A DNA stretch of 64,000 nucleotides from an uncultured Acidobacteriota bacterium (GCA_963779415.1 CAVZYA010000001.1:1760001-1824000); one strand, 5' to 3'; counted from the stretch's first letter, positions 10,878 through 21,749 are shown. Numbers and translations: made by a program. The notes: a model not told the origin generated them from the sequence alone.

Positions 10878-11408
10878 CTATCCGTCTTCGCTCTTGAGCC
10901 GGATCAGAACCTCTCCGGCGCTCACGGCCTGGCCCGGGGCGACGGCGATGGCCTCGACGACGCCGTCCCGGGGAGCCTTCACCTCGTTTTCCATTTTCAT
11001 CGCCTCGAGGACGAGGAGAGGTTCTCCCGCCGTGACCAGCTGGCCGGCCGCGACGGCGACACGCAGGACGCGCCCCGGCATCGCGGCGCTCACGACGTTT
11101 CCTTTTTTCGACCGGCCTCGGCCACCCGTGGCCGCCGCCCGCGCCGTCAGCTCGTCCTTGAGGTCGAAGGCGGCGCGCGCGTTGCCGAACCGGGCCGCGA
11201 CTTCGCCGTCCGGAGCCGGTTCGAGGCTCACCTCCCACTGACTTCCGTCCTCGAAGACGAGCGACCAGATCCCCGGGCGGATGAGCGCCGCCTCGCCCGA
11301 GAGGAGGCGTCCTTCCACGAGGACGCGAAACTCCGGGGCCGTCGCCGCCACCTCGACCGGACACGTGGAGCCGGCGGCATCACCGGAAAAGCGAGCCTGA
11401 AATTTCAT
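10878..11408 (-). CDS. Biotin carboxyl carrier protein of an acyl-CoA carboxylase
   Basis: AAMPGRV and EAMKMENE biotinylation motif; ATG overlaps the biotin carboxylase stop. Confidence 0.92.
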   Translation of the reverse strand: MKFQARFSGDAAGSTCPVEVAATAPEFRVLVEGRLLSGEAALIRPGIWSLVFEDGSQWEVSLEPAPDGEVAARFGNARAAFDLKDELTARAAATGGRGRSKKGNVVSAAMPGRVLRVAVAAGQLVTAGEPLLVLEAMKMENEVKAPRDGVVEAIAVAPGQAVSAGEVLIRLKSEDG

Positions 11409-12904
11409 TCCCTCACCCCGAAGGTCGGCCGCGCCGTCCGCCACGGCGAGAGGCCGCGGGACTCACCGGCGGCGGACGGGCGCGTCGACCGCGCCCCCTC
11501 GGAGGCATCCAGCGCGGCGGCCACGAGCGCGACCGTCCGCTCGTCGTTCGTCTCGGGACGCCGCCGGTAGCTCCAGCGGTCGAGAAACTGCGTGGACACG
11601 CGGTTGACGAGGTAGTCCGGGTCTTCCAGCATCGCGAGGAAGAACGGAATCGACGTTTCGATCCCCTCGACTCGCGCCTCCAGAAGGACGCGCCGCCCCC
11701 GCCGGATCGCCTCGCCCCGGTCCTTCCCCCAGACGACGAACTTCGCGAGCATCGGGTCGTAGTCGAGAGGGACGACGTCTCCTTCCTCGACGCCCGAGTC
11801 GACGCGGACCCCGGGCCCCTGCGGCCGGCGGAGGCGTCGGATCTTCCCGGGTGACGGCGCGAAGCCGCGGGCGGGATCCTCGGCGTAGATCCGGAACTGA
11901 AGGGCGTGGCCCCGGGGCTCCGGGCGCCGGTCGATCGACATCGGCTCGCCACGGGCGATCCGGATCATCTCCGCGACGAGGTCGACGCCGTAGACGACCT
12001 CCGTGACCGGGTGCTCGACCTGGATCCTCGTGTTCATCTCGAGGAAATAGAAGTGCCCGTCCGGGGCGAGGAGGAACTCCACCGTACCGGCCGAAACGTA
12101 GTCGGCGGCCTTCGCGGCGGCCACGGCGACCGCTTCCATCTTCGCTCGAAGCTCCGGCGTCACGGCCGCGGAGGGGCACTCCTCCAGCACCTTCTGGTGC
12201 CGGCGCTGCAGGGAACACTCCCTCTCGCCGAGGGCGATCACCTTCCCCGTACGATCCCCGAGGACCTGCACCTCGATGTGGCGCGGGTTCTCGACGAAGA
12301 GCTCCGCGTAGACGGCGGAATCGGCGAAGTAGGACTTTGCCTCGCTTCGCGCCCGCTCGAACGCCGCCGGAACCTCGTCGGCGCTCCGGACGACGCGCAT
12401 CCCCTTGCCGCCCCCTCCGGCCGCCGCCTTCAGGAGGAGAGGAAAGCCGTTCTTCTTTCCGAAGGTGACGATCTCGTGCGCGTCCTTTGCGGGCGTCGTC
12501 ATGCCGGGCACGACCGGCACCCCGGCGGCCATGACCTTCGCGCGCGACGCGGTCTTCGAGCCCATCGCCGAGATCGAAGCCGGGGACGGGCCGACCCAGA
12601 CGAGCCCGGCGTCGATCACCATCTGGGCGAAGGCGGCGTTCTCCGCGAGGAACCCGTAGCCGGGGTGGACGAACGAGGCACCGGTCTTCTTCGCGGCCGC
12701 GATCAGCTTCTCGGCCACGAGGTACGACTCGCGCGCGGGGGGCGGCCCGATGTGGACCGCGGCATCGGCGAGACGGACGTGAAGGGCGCGGCGGTCGGTG
12801 TCGGAGTAGACGGCGACGGGCGAGATATCGAGATCCCGGCAGGCCCGGATGATCCGGACGGCAATCTCGCCGCGGTTGGCAATCAGAAGGCGAGGTCGGT
12901 TCAT
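11405..12904 (-). CDS. accC: Biotin carboxylase subunit (propionyl/acetyl-CoA carboxylase)
   Basis: LLIANRGEIAVR, HPGYGFLAEN, GGGGKGMR, ERECSLQRRHQK and EMNTRIQVEHPVTE motifs. Confidence 0.93.
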   Translation of the reverse strand: MNRPRLLIANRGEIAVRIIRACRDLDISPVAVYSDTDRRALHVRLADAAVHIGPPPARESYLVAEKLIAAAKKTGASFVHPGYGFLAENAAFAQMVIDAGLVWVGPSPASISAMGSKTASRAKVMAAGVPVVPGMTTPAKDAHEIVTFGKKNGFPLLLKAAAGGGGKGMRVVRSADEVPAAFERARSEAKSYFADSAVYAELFVENPRHIEVQVLGDRTGKVIALGERECSLQRRHQKVLEECPSAAVTPELRAKMEAVAVAAAKAADYVSAGTVEFLLAPDGHFYFLEMNTRIQVEHPVTEVVYGVDLVAEMIRIARGEPMSIDRRPEPRGHALQFRIYAEDPARGFAPSPGKIRRLRRPQGPGVRVDSGVEEGDVVPLDYDPMLAKFVVWGKDRGEAIRRGRRVLLEARVEGIETSIPFFLAMLEDPDYLVNRVSTQFLDRWSYRRRPETNDERTVALVAAALDASEGARSTRPSAAGESRGLSPWRTARPTFGVRE

Positions 12905-12922
12905 AAGCAGTCCAGGGGGGGC

Positions 12923-12975
12923 CGGGGGGTGCGTACCCGGCGCAGCCCGAACCCCGAGAGGCGTCGCACCCCCCG
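12923..12975. repeat. Perfect 11-bp inverted repeat (REP-like hairpin) between the carboxyltransferase and biotin carboxylase genes
   Basis: cggggggtgcg (12923-12933) and cgcaccccccg (12965-12975) flank a 31-nt spacer; no U-tract. Confidence 0.6.
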
Positions 12976-12980
12976 AATGT

Positions 12981-14540
12981 TCATAGCGGAATGTTCCCGT
13001 GTTTCTTGGGCGGCATCGAGTCGCGCTTGTTGCCGAGCGCGTCGAGGGCGCGGATGAGCCGGCGCCGCGTCGACCGGGGCTCGATCACGTCGTCGATGTA
13101 GCCCTTCCGCGCCGCGATGAACGGGTTCGCGAATTTCTCTTCGTACTCGGTCACCTTCTCGCGGCGCAGCTCGACGGGGTCCGGCGCCGCGGCGATCTCT
13201 TTCCCGTACAGGATGTTCACGGCCCCCTCCGGGCCCATCACGGCGATCTCGGCCGTCGGGAACGCGACGTTGAAGTCGGTCCGGATGTGCTTGGAAGCCA
13301 TCACGCAGTACGCGCCGCCGTACGCCTTCCGGGTAATGACGGTCAGCTTCGGAACCGTCGCCTCGGCGAAGGCGAAGAGAAGCTTCGCACCGTGCCGGAT
13401 GATCCCGCCGAACTCCTGCTTCGTCCCGGGGAGGAAGCCGGGGACGTCCTCGAAGACGACGAGCGGTACGTTGAAGGCGTCGCAGAAGCGGACGAACCGC
13501 GCGCCCTTGTCCGACGAATCGATGTCGAGGACCCCGGCGAGGTGGTCCGGCTGGTTCGCGACGACGCCGACGGGCCGCCCGCCGAGCCGCGCGAAGCCGA
13601 CGACGATGTTCTTCGCCCAGTCCGCGTGGATCTCGAAGAGGTCGCCGTCGTCGACGACCTTCCGGATGAGCGTCGTCATGTCGTACGGCTGGTTCGGCGA
13701 CGCCGGAATGAACGTGTCCAGCTCGGGGATCTCCCGGTCCACCGGATCCGAGACCGGGCGCCGCGGCGGGTCCTCGCGGTTGTTGAGCGGGAGGAAGGAG
13801 AGGAGCGTCCGGATCTTGAGGAGGCAGTCGGCGTCGCTGTCGGCGACGAGGTTCGCGACCCCCGACGTCCCGGCGTGCGTGTCGGCGCCGCCGAGCTCCT
13901 CCTTCGTCACGTCCTCGTGAGTGACCGTCTTGATGACGTCCGGCCCCGTGACGAACATCGAGCTCGTCCCGCGCACCATCACGATGAAGTCCGTGATGGC
14001 CGGCGAGTAGACCGCGCCCCCGGCGCACGGGCCGAGGATCGCGGAGATCTGGGGGATGACCCCCGACGCGAGGGTGTTGCGGAGGAAGATGTCGGCGTAG
14101 CCCGCGAGCGAGTCGACGCCTTCCTGGATCCGCGCCCCCCCCGAGTCGTTCAGGCCGACGACCGGCGCGCCGACCTTCATCGCGAGGTCCATGATCTTGC
14201 AGATCTTCAAGGCGTTCGTCTCCGACAGCGAGCCGCCGAAAACCGTGAAATCCTGGGCGAAGACGAAGACCGTGCGCCCCTCGACACGGATGCTTCCCGC
14301 CACGACGCCGTCGCCCGGAATCAGGTTGGCCGGCGCCCCCATTCCGAAGTCGCGGCACTGGTGGATGACGAAGGGGTCGATCTCCTCGAACGACCCCGGA
14401 TCCGCGAGGAGCTCGACGCGCTCACGTGCGGAGAGCTTTCCGGCGGCATGCTGCTTCCTGAGCCGCTCCACCCCGCCTCCCCCGCGGGAGGCGGCCCGGA
14501 GCTCGGCGAGTCGTTCGAGTTTCGTTTCGATCGTCGTCAC
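12981..14540 (-). CDS. pccB: Acyl-CoA carboxylase carboxyltransferase subunit (propionyl-CoA carboxylase beta)
   Basis: [40 protein letters not shown] and RKAYGGAY motifs; C-terminal KKHGNIPL. Confidence 0.95.
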   Translation of the reverse strand: MTTIETKLERLAELRAASRGGGGVERLRKQHAAGKLSARERVELLADPGSFEEIDPFVIHQCRDFGMGAPANLIPGDGVVAGSIRVEGRTVFVFAQDFTVFGGSLSETNALKICKIMDLAMKVGAPVVGLNDSGGARIQEGVDSLAGYADIFLRNTLASGVIPQISAILGPCAGGAVYSPAITDFIVMVRGTSSMFVTGPDVIKTVTHEDVTKEELGGADTHAGTSGVANLVADSDADCLLKIRTLLSFLPLNNREDPPRRPVSDPVDREIPELDTFIPASPNQPYDMTTLIRKVVDDGDLFEIHADWAKNIVVGFARLGGRPVGVVANQPDHLAGVLDIDSSDKGARFVRFCDAFNVPLVVFEDVPGFLPGTKQEFGGIIRHGAKLLFAFAEATVPKLTVITRKAYGGAYCVMASKHIRTDFNVAFPTAEIAVMGPEGAVNILYGKEIAAAPDPVELRREKVTEYEEKFANPFIAARKGYIDDVIEPRSTRRRLIRALDALGNKRDSMPPKKHGNIPL

Positions 14541-14554
14541 GGTGCGCCCTTCTG

Positions 14555-14833
14555 CTACAGCGGGATCTTCTTCTTCTCCGCGAGCATCCTCTTCGCTTTC
14601 CGAAACATCTCCGCGTAGTCGACGTTCTGCACGCGGAGCGCCGCGGCGTTCTTCTGGAGGACTGCCTTCACCTCGTCGTCCAGCTGCCGCTCGCGCTCCC
14701 GGTCGAAGACGAGAACGGCCTCCAGCGCCCGCCGGAGCTCCGCCGGAGCCGCCGTCCGGACGAGGCCCTCGGCCAGAAGGCGCCTCGCGACGAAGGCCGC
14801 CTGCGCGCGCATACGCGTGTCGGAGAGCGCCAT
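14555..14833 (-). CDS. DUF507-family small protein
   Basis: 92 aa ending LDDEVKAVL...[22 protein letters not shown], a pattern typical of DUF507. Confidence 0.7.
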   Translation of the reverse strand: MALSDTRMRAQAAFVARRLLAEGLVRTAAPAELRRALEAVLVFDRERERQLDDEVKAVLQKNAAALRVQNVDYAEMFRKAKRMLAEKKKIPL

Positions 14834-14881
14834 GTGCCGGAAGGATAGCGGAAGTCCGGGGGCCTCCTACAATCCCCCAGA

Positions 14882-16237
14882 TTGCTCAGGGCCGATCTCG
14901 AGCTCGCCGAGGACGCCGACGACGCGATCCGCATCGTCTCCGGGCTCCTGCGCCGCGCCGACCACGGGGAGGCGTTTCGCGAGCGGCGGACCGCCGTCGC
15001 GTGGAGCGCCACGGAGGCCGGGCTTCAGACTCCGTCCGTCTCCGAGGAGCGGGGAACGGCCGTCCGGATCCGCTCGGGGCGCGAGGCGCTTCTCTTCGCC
15101 CGCGAGGGTGACGGTCCCGAGTCGCTTCGTGAGGCCGTGCGGGACGCCTCCCGACGCGTCGGAGGCGCGCCGTTCTTGAAGGCCCGCCTCGGCACGCAGA
15201 GAATGCCCTCCGGAGCGCGGACCGGCGTGGCGGAGAGCGAGACCGCTCTCCTGTCGTCCGCCCTCGCGCGCGCCCTCCCCGACCCGCGGGGCCTCTCGCT
15301 GGAGCTGACCGTCTCCCGCGTCTCGGTGACCCGAGCCGTCATCACTTCCCGCGACGTCCACCTCTGCGGCACGACGGCAAGGCTCGTGGCTTCCGGTCTC
15401 GTCCGGCGCGCCTCGGGATCGCGTCCCTTCGCGTTCCAGTCGGCCGAGCCGTACCCCAAGGCGATCGACGCGCTCGCGAGCGCCCTCAAAGCGGCGGCAC
15501 GGCCGGTCGCGACCGCCCCCCCGCCCGAAGGACCGGTCGGCGTCGTTCTCTCTCCGGCGGCGGCCTCGGTCTTCTGGCACGAGGTCGTCGGCCATCCGCT
15601 GGAGGCCGACGGCGGCCGGCGTCACTCCGCTCTGGCGCGCGTCGCGAGCGCGTCCGTGGCCCCTCCGGGCCTCGACGTCACCGACGATCCCACGCCGCCG
15701 CAGCTGCCGGGGAGCTTCCGGTACGACGACGAAGGGACTCCGGCACGTCGTGTTCCCCTCATCGAAGACGGGCGCGTCGTCGGGTTTCTGACGGATCGCC
15801 GGACGGGAGGGGACGAATCGAACGGGCATGGCCGGGCCGCCGACTACCGCCGGCCGCCGCGGCCTCGACTCTCGAATCTCGTGGTCGCGCCGGGTGACGC
15901 GTCCCTCCCGGAGCTTCTCGAGCGGTGCGGAACGGGACTCCTCGTGCATGAAATCGCCGCGGGAAGCCTCGAGCCGGAGTCGGGGCGCTTCCTTCTCCTC
16001 GTGGTCGCCGCCGAGAGCGTCCGGCGCGGCCGGGTCGCCGCGCCGGTAGCCCCCTTCGCCCTCTCGGGCGACGTCCTCTCCGCGCTCCGCCACCTCGACG
16101 CCGCCCGCGGCGACACGGCATTCCCGGCGGAAGGGCTCGGCCTCTGTCTGAAGGGGGGCGAGGCGGTGCCGGTCGGCGGCATCTCGCCGGCGATCCTCCT
16201 GCACGGGCTCCGCGTCTCGCCGGGGCGCTCCGGATGA
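14882..16237 (+). CDS. tldD: TldD-family metalloprotease subunit
   Basis: HEVVGH metal motif, [26 protein letters not shown], and C-terminal [11 protein letters not shown] containing the conserved Cys ligand. Confidence 0.88.
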   Translation: MLRADLELAEDADDAIRIVSGLLRRADHGEAFRERRTAVAWSATEAGLQTPSVSEERGTAVRIRSGREALLFAREGDGPESLREAVRDASRRVGGAPFLKARLGTQRMPSGARTGVAESETALLSSALARALPDPRGLSLELTVSRVSVTRAVITSRDVHLCGTTARLVASGLVRRASGSRPFAFQSAEPYPKAIDALASALKAAARPVATAPPPEGPVGVVLSPAAASVFWHEVVGHPLEADGGRRHSALARVASASVAPPGLDVTDDPTPPQLPGSFRYDDEGTPARRVPLIEDGRVVGFLTDRRTGGDESNGHGRAADYRRPPRPRLSNLVVAPGDASLPELLERCGTGLLVHEIAAGSLEPESGRFLLLVVAAESVRRGRVAAPVAPFALSGDVLSALRHLDAARGDTAFPAEGLGLCLKGGEAVPVGGISPAILLHGLRVSPGRSG

Positions 16238-17592
16238 GGTCCGAACCGATGCGCGACGACGACCTCTTCGAAGCCCTCTTCTCCCGCGCGGCGCGCCAGA
16301 CGGCCCGCGAAGGGGAGAGCGCCGAGCTCTACGAGAGACGCGGCGCCCTCCTCGAGATCTCGGAGGACGAGGAGGGCTCGCGCCTTCTCGTCTCGCACGA
16401 GAGAGGATTCGCCCTCCGCCTCTTCCGGAGCGGCCGGTCGGCGTTCGGCGCGGCGACCCCGGAGGCCGCCGAGTCGCTCGTCGAGAGCGCCCGGGAGGCT
16501 CTCCCGCGGGCACGCGCCCGGCGCGGGGCCCGCGCCGCGCCCCCCGTCCCCGGAGACCAGGAGACACCCTCCGCGGGCGGCGCTCCCGCGCTCCCGGAGG
16601 AGGCGCCGGCGCGGGAGATCCTCGCCGCATTTCGCCGGTACGTGACCGCGGTCGGTGAGGGTGCCGCCGTACTCACGGCCGCGAGCGTCTCGCTCGGGGA
16701 ACGAATCGAGCGGGTCGCGACGACGGCCGGCCGGGACGCGGTCTGGAAGAGCCGCGCCGCCTCGCTCGTGGCGACCGTCATCGGCCGGAGCGGCGCGGAC
16801 AGGTTCTCGGCCCGCGTCGTCGCCACCGCCGCTCGCCCCGAGGAGCTTCCGCTCGCGCGTCTCGCCCGATACGCCGTCGACCGGGCACTCCTTCCCCTGC
16901 TCGGCCGCCCCCTCGACGGCTCCCGGCGCGATCTTCTTCTCGACGCCCACGTCGCCGCTCACGTCGTCGGGCGGCTGGCGCCGCTCTTTCTCGGCGACGA
17001 GGGTGCGGCACTCCTCGGAGCCCGAACGCGCGACTCCCGGGACCCTTTCGCCGCCCCCGCCGTCACGCTCGTGGACGACGCCGGCGTCTCCGGCGGTCCC
17101 GTCCGGACCCTCCGCGACGGAGAGGGGACGCCTCAGGAGCGCCACGTCGTCGTGGCGCACGGCGTTCCGGTCCTTCGCCTCTCGGACTGGGCCGAAGCGG
17201 CGCGGCACGGCACGGCCTCGACGGGAAACGCCGTCCGCCGCGCCTGGTCGGAGCCGCCCCTCCTCGGCGTCACGAACTTCTTCATCGACCCGGGCGGCGG
17301 GGTCGCCCCGCTCCAGCTCCTCTCCGGCGCGGCACGCGGGCTTTATGCGGCGGTCCTTCTCGAGCGCCCGTCCGTCGACGTCGCCGCCGACCGCTTCCGC
17401 CTCAACGTCGCGGGCTACTCGCTCGAGAAGGGGCGTGCCTCCGGCCGCGTTTCCGACGCCGTCGTGTCGGGCCGGATCTCCGAGTTTCTCAGGCGGATCG
17501 AAGCGGTCGGCGACGATCTCCGCTTCGTCTCCGGAGCCGGCGGCGGCGTCGGGTCGCCAACACTCTACGTCCCCCGCTGGAAGAGCGAGTGA
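16234..17592 (+). CDS. TldE/PmbA-family subunit
   Basis: Overlaps the tldD stop; DGEGTP, STGNAVR and GSPTLYV motifs; lacks HExxH, as expected for TldE. Confidence 0.82.
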   Translation: MRSEPMRDDDLFEALFSRAARQTAREGESAELYERRGALLEISEDEEGSRLLVSHERGFALRLFRSGRSAFGAATPEAAESLVESAREALPRARARRGARAAPPVPGDQETPSAGGAPALPEEAPAREILAAFRRYVTAVGEGAAVLTAASVSLGERIERVATTAGRDAVWKSRAASLVATVIGRSGADRFSARVVATAARPEELPLARLARYAVDRALLPLLGRPLDGSRRDLLLDAHVAAHVVGRLAPLFLGDEGAALLGARTRDSRDPFAAPAVTLVDDAGVSGGPVRTLRDGEGTPQERHVVVAHGVPVLRLSDWAEAARHGTASTGNAVRRAWSEPPLLGVTNFFIDPGGGVAPLQLLSGAARGLYAAVLLERPSVDVAADRFRLNVAGYSLEKGRASGRVSDAVVSGRISEFLRRIEAVGDDLRFVSGAGGGVGSPTLYVPRWKSE

Positions 17593-17599
17593 GATCGGA

Positions 17600-18394
17600 T
17601 CAGGTTCGCGGCGGGTGAGGCGTGGGGGCGGGGGGAGCCGCGGCCGGTGCCGGCCGGGCTGCCATTGCCGGCTGAGGGGCCGCCATGTCGGAGGCCGAAG
17701 GCGCGGGTTTCCCCACGGCGGGAGGCGCGGGCGCCCGTGCGGGCCCCGGCGTGGGCGCGAGCGGCGCCGCGGGCGCCGCGGGACGGCTCCTCTGGAAGAA
17801 CGAGCCGACGCGGGCCGGATCCTCGAGCTGCTCCTGCTGCGCCATGGCGGCCTTGACGAGGCGGGAGTCGTACGTCTCGAGCAGGACGCGCCCCTTGAGC
17901 CTCGTCATCGCCGCGAACGGGTTCTTCCGGATGTCGTAGAGGGACGTGTCGACGATGATCGCGTGCTTGTAGGCGTCGACCGCCGCGTTCGTGTTTCCCA
18001 TCTGCTCTTCCGTCCAGCCGCGCATCCACCAGGCCTGGAAATTTCCCGGATCGCGCTTCGTCGCCTTCTTGAAGTCGCTCCGGGCCGTCGACCAGTTTCC
18101 CTTCAGGACCTGGACGAGGCCGGCATTGAAGAGCGGCTTGGAGTCCTTCGGGTCGAGGGTGGCCGCCTTCTCGAAGCTCTCGAGCGCGTTGGCGTACGTC
18201 CCGTTCCAGGCGAGAAGCGCCCCGAGATCGTTCTGGAGCGCGGCGTCGTTCGGGTTCTTCTCGACGAGGGCGAGCGTCTCCTTGATGGCCCGGTGAAGGG
18301 GAATCCCGTCGTCGAGCACGGCCTTGTAGCCTTCGTCGGCCCGGCCGATGCCGGAGAGAAGAAGCGGGAGGAGAAACGCGAGGAGCTTTCTCAT
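17600..18394 (-). CDS. Exported tetratricopeptide-repeat protein
   Basis: MRKLLAFLLPLLL signal peptide; TPR-like units (NPNDAALQNDLG, DPKDSKPLFNAG, DPGNFQAWWMRG); Pro/Ala-rich tail. Confidence 0.8.
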   Translation of the reverse strand: MRKLLAFLLPLLLSGIGRADEGYKAVLDDGIPLHRAIKETLALVEKNPNDAALQNDLGALLAWNGTYANALESFEKAATLDPKDSKPLFNAGLVQVLKGNWSTARSDFKKATKRDPGNFQAWWMRGWTEEQMGNTNAAVDAYKHAIIVDTSLYDIRKNPFAAMTRLKGRVLLETYDSRLVKAAMAQQEQLEDPARVGSFFQRSRPAAPAAPLAPTPGPARAPAPPAVGKPAPSASDMAAPQPAMAARPAPAAAPPAPTPHPPRT

Positions 18395-18972
18395 GAAGGG
18401 CCTTTCGGGTGGGCCGGGCGGCCGATGAGCCGCACCTTGCCGTCGACGGTCTGGACCTCGAAAACGAGCCGTTTGGCTCCGGTCGCCTTGCGGATCTCGG
18501 CGGCCTGCCGGCGGAGAAGCTCCTCGAAGCGCTCGTATCGGAGGCGCGAGACGTCCTCGCCGAGCGCGCGCCGCGCTTCGCAGAATCGTTCGAAGAGGGG
18601 CATGAGACTCTTCCGCTCCCTGCGTCCTACGGACGTCGAGCCTTCCGCGTCGCTTTCGGCCCCGGCCGATGCCGCCTTCACCGGCCGCGGCGGCCGGCCG
18701 ACGCGGAGGCGCCCCTCCTCCCTCGCGAGGAGGCGCTTTTCCCAGAGCTCCTTCATCGACTGGAACCGGTTCTGGACGTTCTGGAGCCGGAAGCGCTCGG
18801 CCGCCCGTTCGACATTCACGCCCGCCATCCGCTTGAGGAGGTCCTCGAGCCGGCGCCTCGTGTCGACCGGAGGGACCTTCAGCTCGCCGATGTAGAAGCG
18901 CTCGTACTCGACGTGAAGGGCCTTGAGGCCCCGCTCGAGAACGGCGATCTCGTTTTCGAAGCTCTCGGGCAT
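18391..18972 (-). CDS. Hypothetical protein resembling MXAN_5187 C-terminal-domain proteins
   Basis: LHVEYERFYIGELKVPP...FRLQNVQNRFQSMKELWEK N-terminus and ..FEVQTVDGKVRL C-terminus; recognised by pattern only. Confidence 0.65.
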   Translation of the reverse strand: MPESFENEIAVLERGLKALHVEYERFYIGELKVPPVDTRRRLEDLLKRMAGVNVERAAERFRLQNVQNRFQSMKELWEKRLLAREEGRLRVGRPPRPVKAASAGAESDAEGSTSVGRRERKSLMPLFERFCEARRALGEDVSRLRYERFEELLRRQAAEIRKATGAKRLVFEVQTVDGKVRLIGRPAHPKGPS

Positions 18973-19002
18973 CGGACCGGGAATAGTCTACAGTCCCCGC
19001 GC

Positions 19003-20382
19003 ATGAGCGACCTCGTGCGGCCGCCATCGATCGACAGCCTCCTCTCGCATCCGGAGGGAGTCCGCCTCTCGGCGGTTCACGGGCGGGCGCGGGTGAAGGA
19101 GCGGCTCCGCGACCTCGTCGGGAGGTTTCGCGCCGGAGAGTTCGACCTCCCGGCGGGACCGGAGGCCCGGAGAGATGCCCTTCTCGCCGCCGCCTCGACC
19201 TCCCTCAGCGACCGCCCTCCGGCCGGACCGCGGCCGGTGATCAATGCCACCGGCGTCCTCCTCCACACGAATCTCGGCCGGGCGCCCCTCGCGCGGGAGG
19301 CCGTCGAGGCCGTGAGGCGCGCGAGCGGCTACTGCACGCTGGAATACGACCCCGAGAGCGGCCGCCGTGGACGCCGCGGCGAGCACGTGCGGCCCCTCCT
19401 CGTCTCTCTCTTCGCTCCGGGGCGCGCGGACGTGGATGCCCTCGCCGTGACGAACGCCGCGGCCGCCCTCCTCCTCGCGCTGGACACGGTCGCCAACGGC
19501 CGCCCCGTCGCCGTGTCGCGCGGAGAGCTCGTCGCCATCGGCGGGGATTTCCGCGTTCCTTCGATCCTCGCCCGGAGCGGTGCCTCCCTCCTCGAGGTCG
19601 GAACGACGAACCGGACGACCGCCGCGGACTACGCCGAAGCGCTCGATGCCGGCGCGGCCGCGGTCCTCAAGGTCCGCCCTTCGAACTACCGGATCGTCGG
19701 CTTCACGGAGGAGGTCGATCTCGCCGGGATTTCCGCCCTCGCGCGTCCGCGGGGAGTCCCCGTCCTCTTCGACGCCGGCGCCGGCGTCCCGGCGCGCCTC
19801 GAGGGAGCCGGCCTCCGCGACGAACCCGTACCGTCCGAGGCCCTCGACGCGGGCGCGGACATCGTGGTCTTCTCCGGCGACAAGCTCCTCGGCGGGCCTC
19901 AGGCCGGGATCCTCGTCGGCCGGGCCGCCCTCGTCGCGCGCGCCGCGGCGAACCCCCTCGCGCGCGCCCTCCGCCCCGACAAGCTCGTCCTCGCGGCCCT
20001 CGCGGCAACGCTCGATCTTCATCTCTCGGGACGAGCCGACGAGATTCCCCTCTTCCGGATGCTGGGCCGGACGCTCGAGGAGCTCGGGGCGCGTGCCGGA
20101 TCGCTCGCCGCCTTCGCGCGCGGGCTCGGGTTTTCCGCAGAGGTCGTCGAGGAATCCTCCGTCGTCGGAGGCGGCGCGGGGACCGAGTCGCTCGTCCCGA
20201 CCCGCGCGGTCGCGCTGACCCGCAATGGCGTTAACGCGGACGACCTCGCCGCCCGCCTCCGGAAGAGGTCACTTCCCGTCGTCACGCGGATCGCGGACGG
20301 GCGGCTCCTCCTCGACCTCCGGACGGTCGACCCCGGGGAGGACGACGAGATCCGCGCGGCGCTCACGGAGGCGGCCGGCTAG
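19003..20382 (+). CDS. selA: L-seryl-tRNA(Sec) selenium transferase
   Basis: VINATGVLLHTNLGRAPL, VSRGELVAIGGDFRVP, EVGTTNRT, FSGDKLLGGPQAG (PLP Lys) and LDLRTV motifs. Confidence 0.95.
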   Translation: MSDLVRPPSIDSLLSHPEGVRLSAVHGRARVKERLRDLVGRFRAGEFDLPAGPEARRDALLAAASTSLSDRPPAGPRPVINATGVLLHTNLGRAPLAREAVEAVRRASGYCTLEYDPESGRRGRRGEHVRPLLVSLFAPGRADVDALAVTNAAAALLLALDTVANGRPVAVSRGELVAIGGDFRVPSILARSGASLLEVGTTNRTTAADYAEALDAGAAAVLKVRPSNYRIVGFTEEVDLAGISALARPRGVPVLFDAGAGVPARLEGAGLRDEPVPSEALDAGADIVVFSGDKLLGGPQAGILVGRAALVARAAANPLARALRPDKLVLAALAATLDLHLSGRADEIPLFRMLGRTLEELGARAGSLAAFARGLGFSAEVVEESSVVGGGAGTESLVPTRAVALTRNGVNADDLAARLRKRSLPVVTRIADGRLLLDLRTVDPGEDDEIRAALTEAAG

Positions 20383-21740
20383 AGCCCCAGTTCGCGGATC
20401 CGTTGGGCGAGGCGCCGGAGCGGGATGTCAAGATCCTCGGCTGCCCGCGATCGGTCTCCTGCGGCGGCCTCCAGAGCCTGACGGATCCGGGCCACCTCGC
20501 CGGAGCGTCGCCAGCGCTCGACGACCTCGTCCAGCGTCCCGTCGAGGGAGGGGTGCGGCCGCGCCGTCTCGCCGGGGACACCCACGACGACGTCCGCCGC
20601 CCGGATCGTCTCCCCCCGTGTCAGGAGGACGGAGCGCTCCACGACGTTTCGCAGCTCGCGGACGTTTCCCGGCCAGTCGTGCTCGGCGAGTCGCTCCAGC
20701 GCCCCGGGCGAGAAGACCGGCGCCTTCCGCCTCATCTGCCGCGCCGAAGCTTCCGAGAAGCTCCGCGCGAGGGCCGGAATGTCCTCTTTTCGCGCCCGGA
20801 GGGGAGGGAGGCGGACCGGAAAGACCTCCAGCCGGTAGAAGAGATCCTCGCGGAAGGAGCCGGCGCGGACGAGCGCGGAGAGGTCCCGGTTCGTCGCGAC
20901 GACGATCCGGACGTCCACCGTGATCGGAACCGTCCCGCCGACACGTAGGAACTGTTTCTCTTCCACGACCCGGAGGAACTTCGACTGGGCGCCCGACGGC
21001 AGCTCCGAGATCTCGTCGAGGAAAAGCGTCCCGCCGTCTGCCAGCTCGAAACGGCCCGCGCGGCGCTCGATGGCGCCCGTGTAGGCGCCCCGCTCGTGCC
21101 CGAAGAGCTCGTTCTCCACGAGCCCCTCCGGCAGCGCCGCGACGTTCACCGGGACGAACGGGCCTGCCGCCCGCGCGGAGAGCGCGTGGAGCGCCCTTGC
21201 GAACAGCTCCTTGCCCGTGCCGGACTCCCCGGTGAGGACCACCGTAACGTCCGATTCCGCGGCGCGCCGGATCCGCTCGAAGGCCTCGGCGAGCGACGGC
21301 GAGGAGCCGACGATGGCCGGCATTCCGGCGAGGCCCGCCTCCTCGGCCAGGAGGGCCCGCGCCACGGCCTCGCGACGGGCCGCCACGTGACGGCGGACGA
21401 GAAGGAGGAGGAGGTCGGGATCGACCGGCTTTCCGAGGAAGTCGGCGGCGCCGGCCTTCATCGCGGCGACGGCCGTCTCCACCGTGCCGAAGCCCGTCAG
21501 GACGACGACCGGGACGCCGCGGTCCCCCTCCACGGCGGCGCGGAGGACGGCGATCCCGTCCGCGCCGGGGAGCTTCAGGTCGGTGAGGACCAGCGCGTAC
21601 CGGCGACCCTCCTGGAGCCTCCGGATCGCTTCGTCCCCCGTGGCGACCGCCTCGACGGAATAGCTCTCGCGCTCGAGGGTCTCCGCGAGCATCGCCCGGA
21701 GCGAGGCACGGTCCTCGACGAGGAGGATCTCAGCGGGCAC
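20379..21740 (-). CDS. Sigma-54-dependent response regulator (NtrC/PilR-like)
   Basis: REC domain (ILLVED, LTDLKLP), GESGTGKE, ELFGHERGAYTGA, LFLDEI, FREDLFYRL, WPGNVREL and C-terminal HTH. Confidence 0.93.
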   Translation of the reverse strand: MPAEILLVEDRASLRAMLAETLERESYSVEAVATGDEAIRRLQEGRRYALVLTDLKLPGADGIAVLRAAVEGDRGVPVVVLTGFGTVETAVAAMKAGAADFLGKPVDPDLLLLLVRRHVAARREAVARALLAEEAGLAGMPAIVGSSPSLAEAFERIRRAAESDVTVVLTGESGTGKELFARALHALSARAAGPFVPVNVAALPEGLVENELFGHERGAYTGAIERRAGRFELADGGTLFLDEISELPSGAQSKFLRVVEEKQFLRVGGTVPITVDVRIVVATNRDLSALVRAGSFREDLFYRLEVFPVRLPPLRARKEDIPALARSFSEASARQMRRKAPVFSPGALERLAEHDWPGNVRELRNVVERSVLLTRGETIRAADVVVGVPGETARPHPSLDGTLDEVVERWRRSGEVARIRQALEAAAGDRSRAAEDLDIPLRRLAQRIRELGL

Positions 21741-21749
21741 CGGCGCCGT

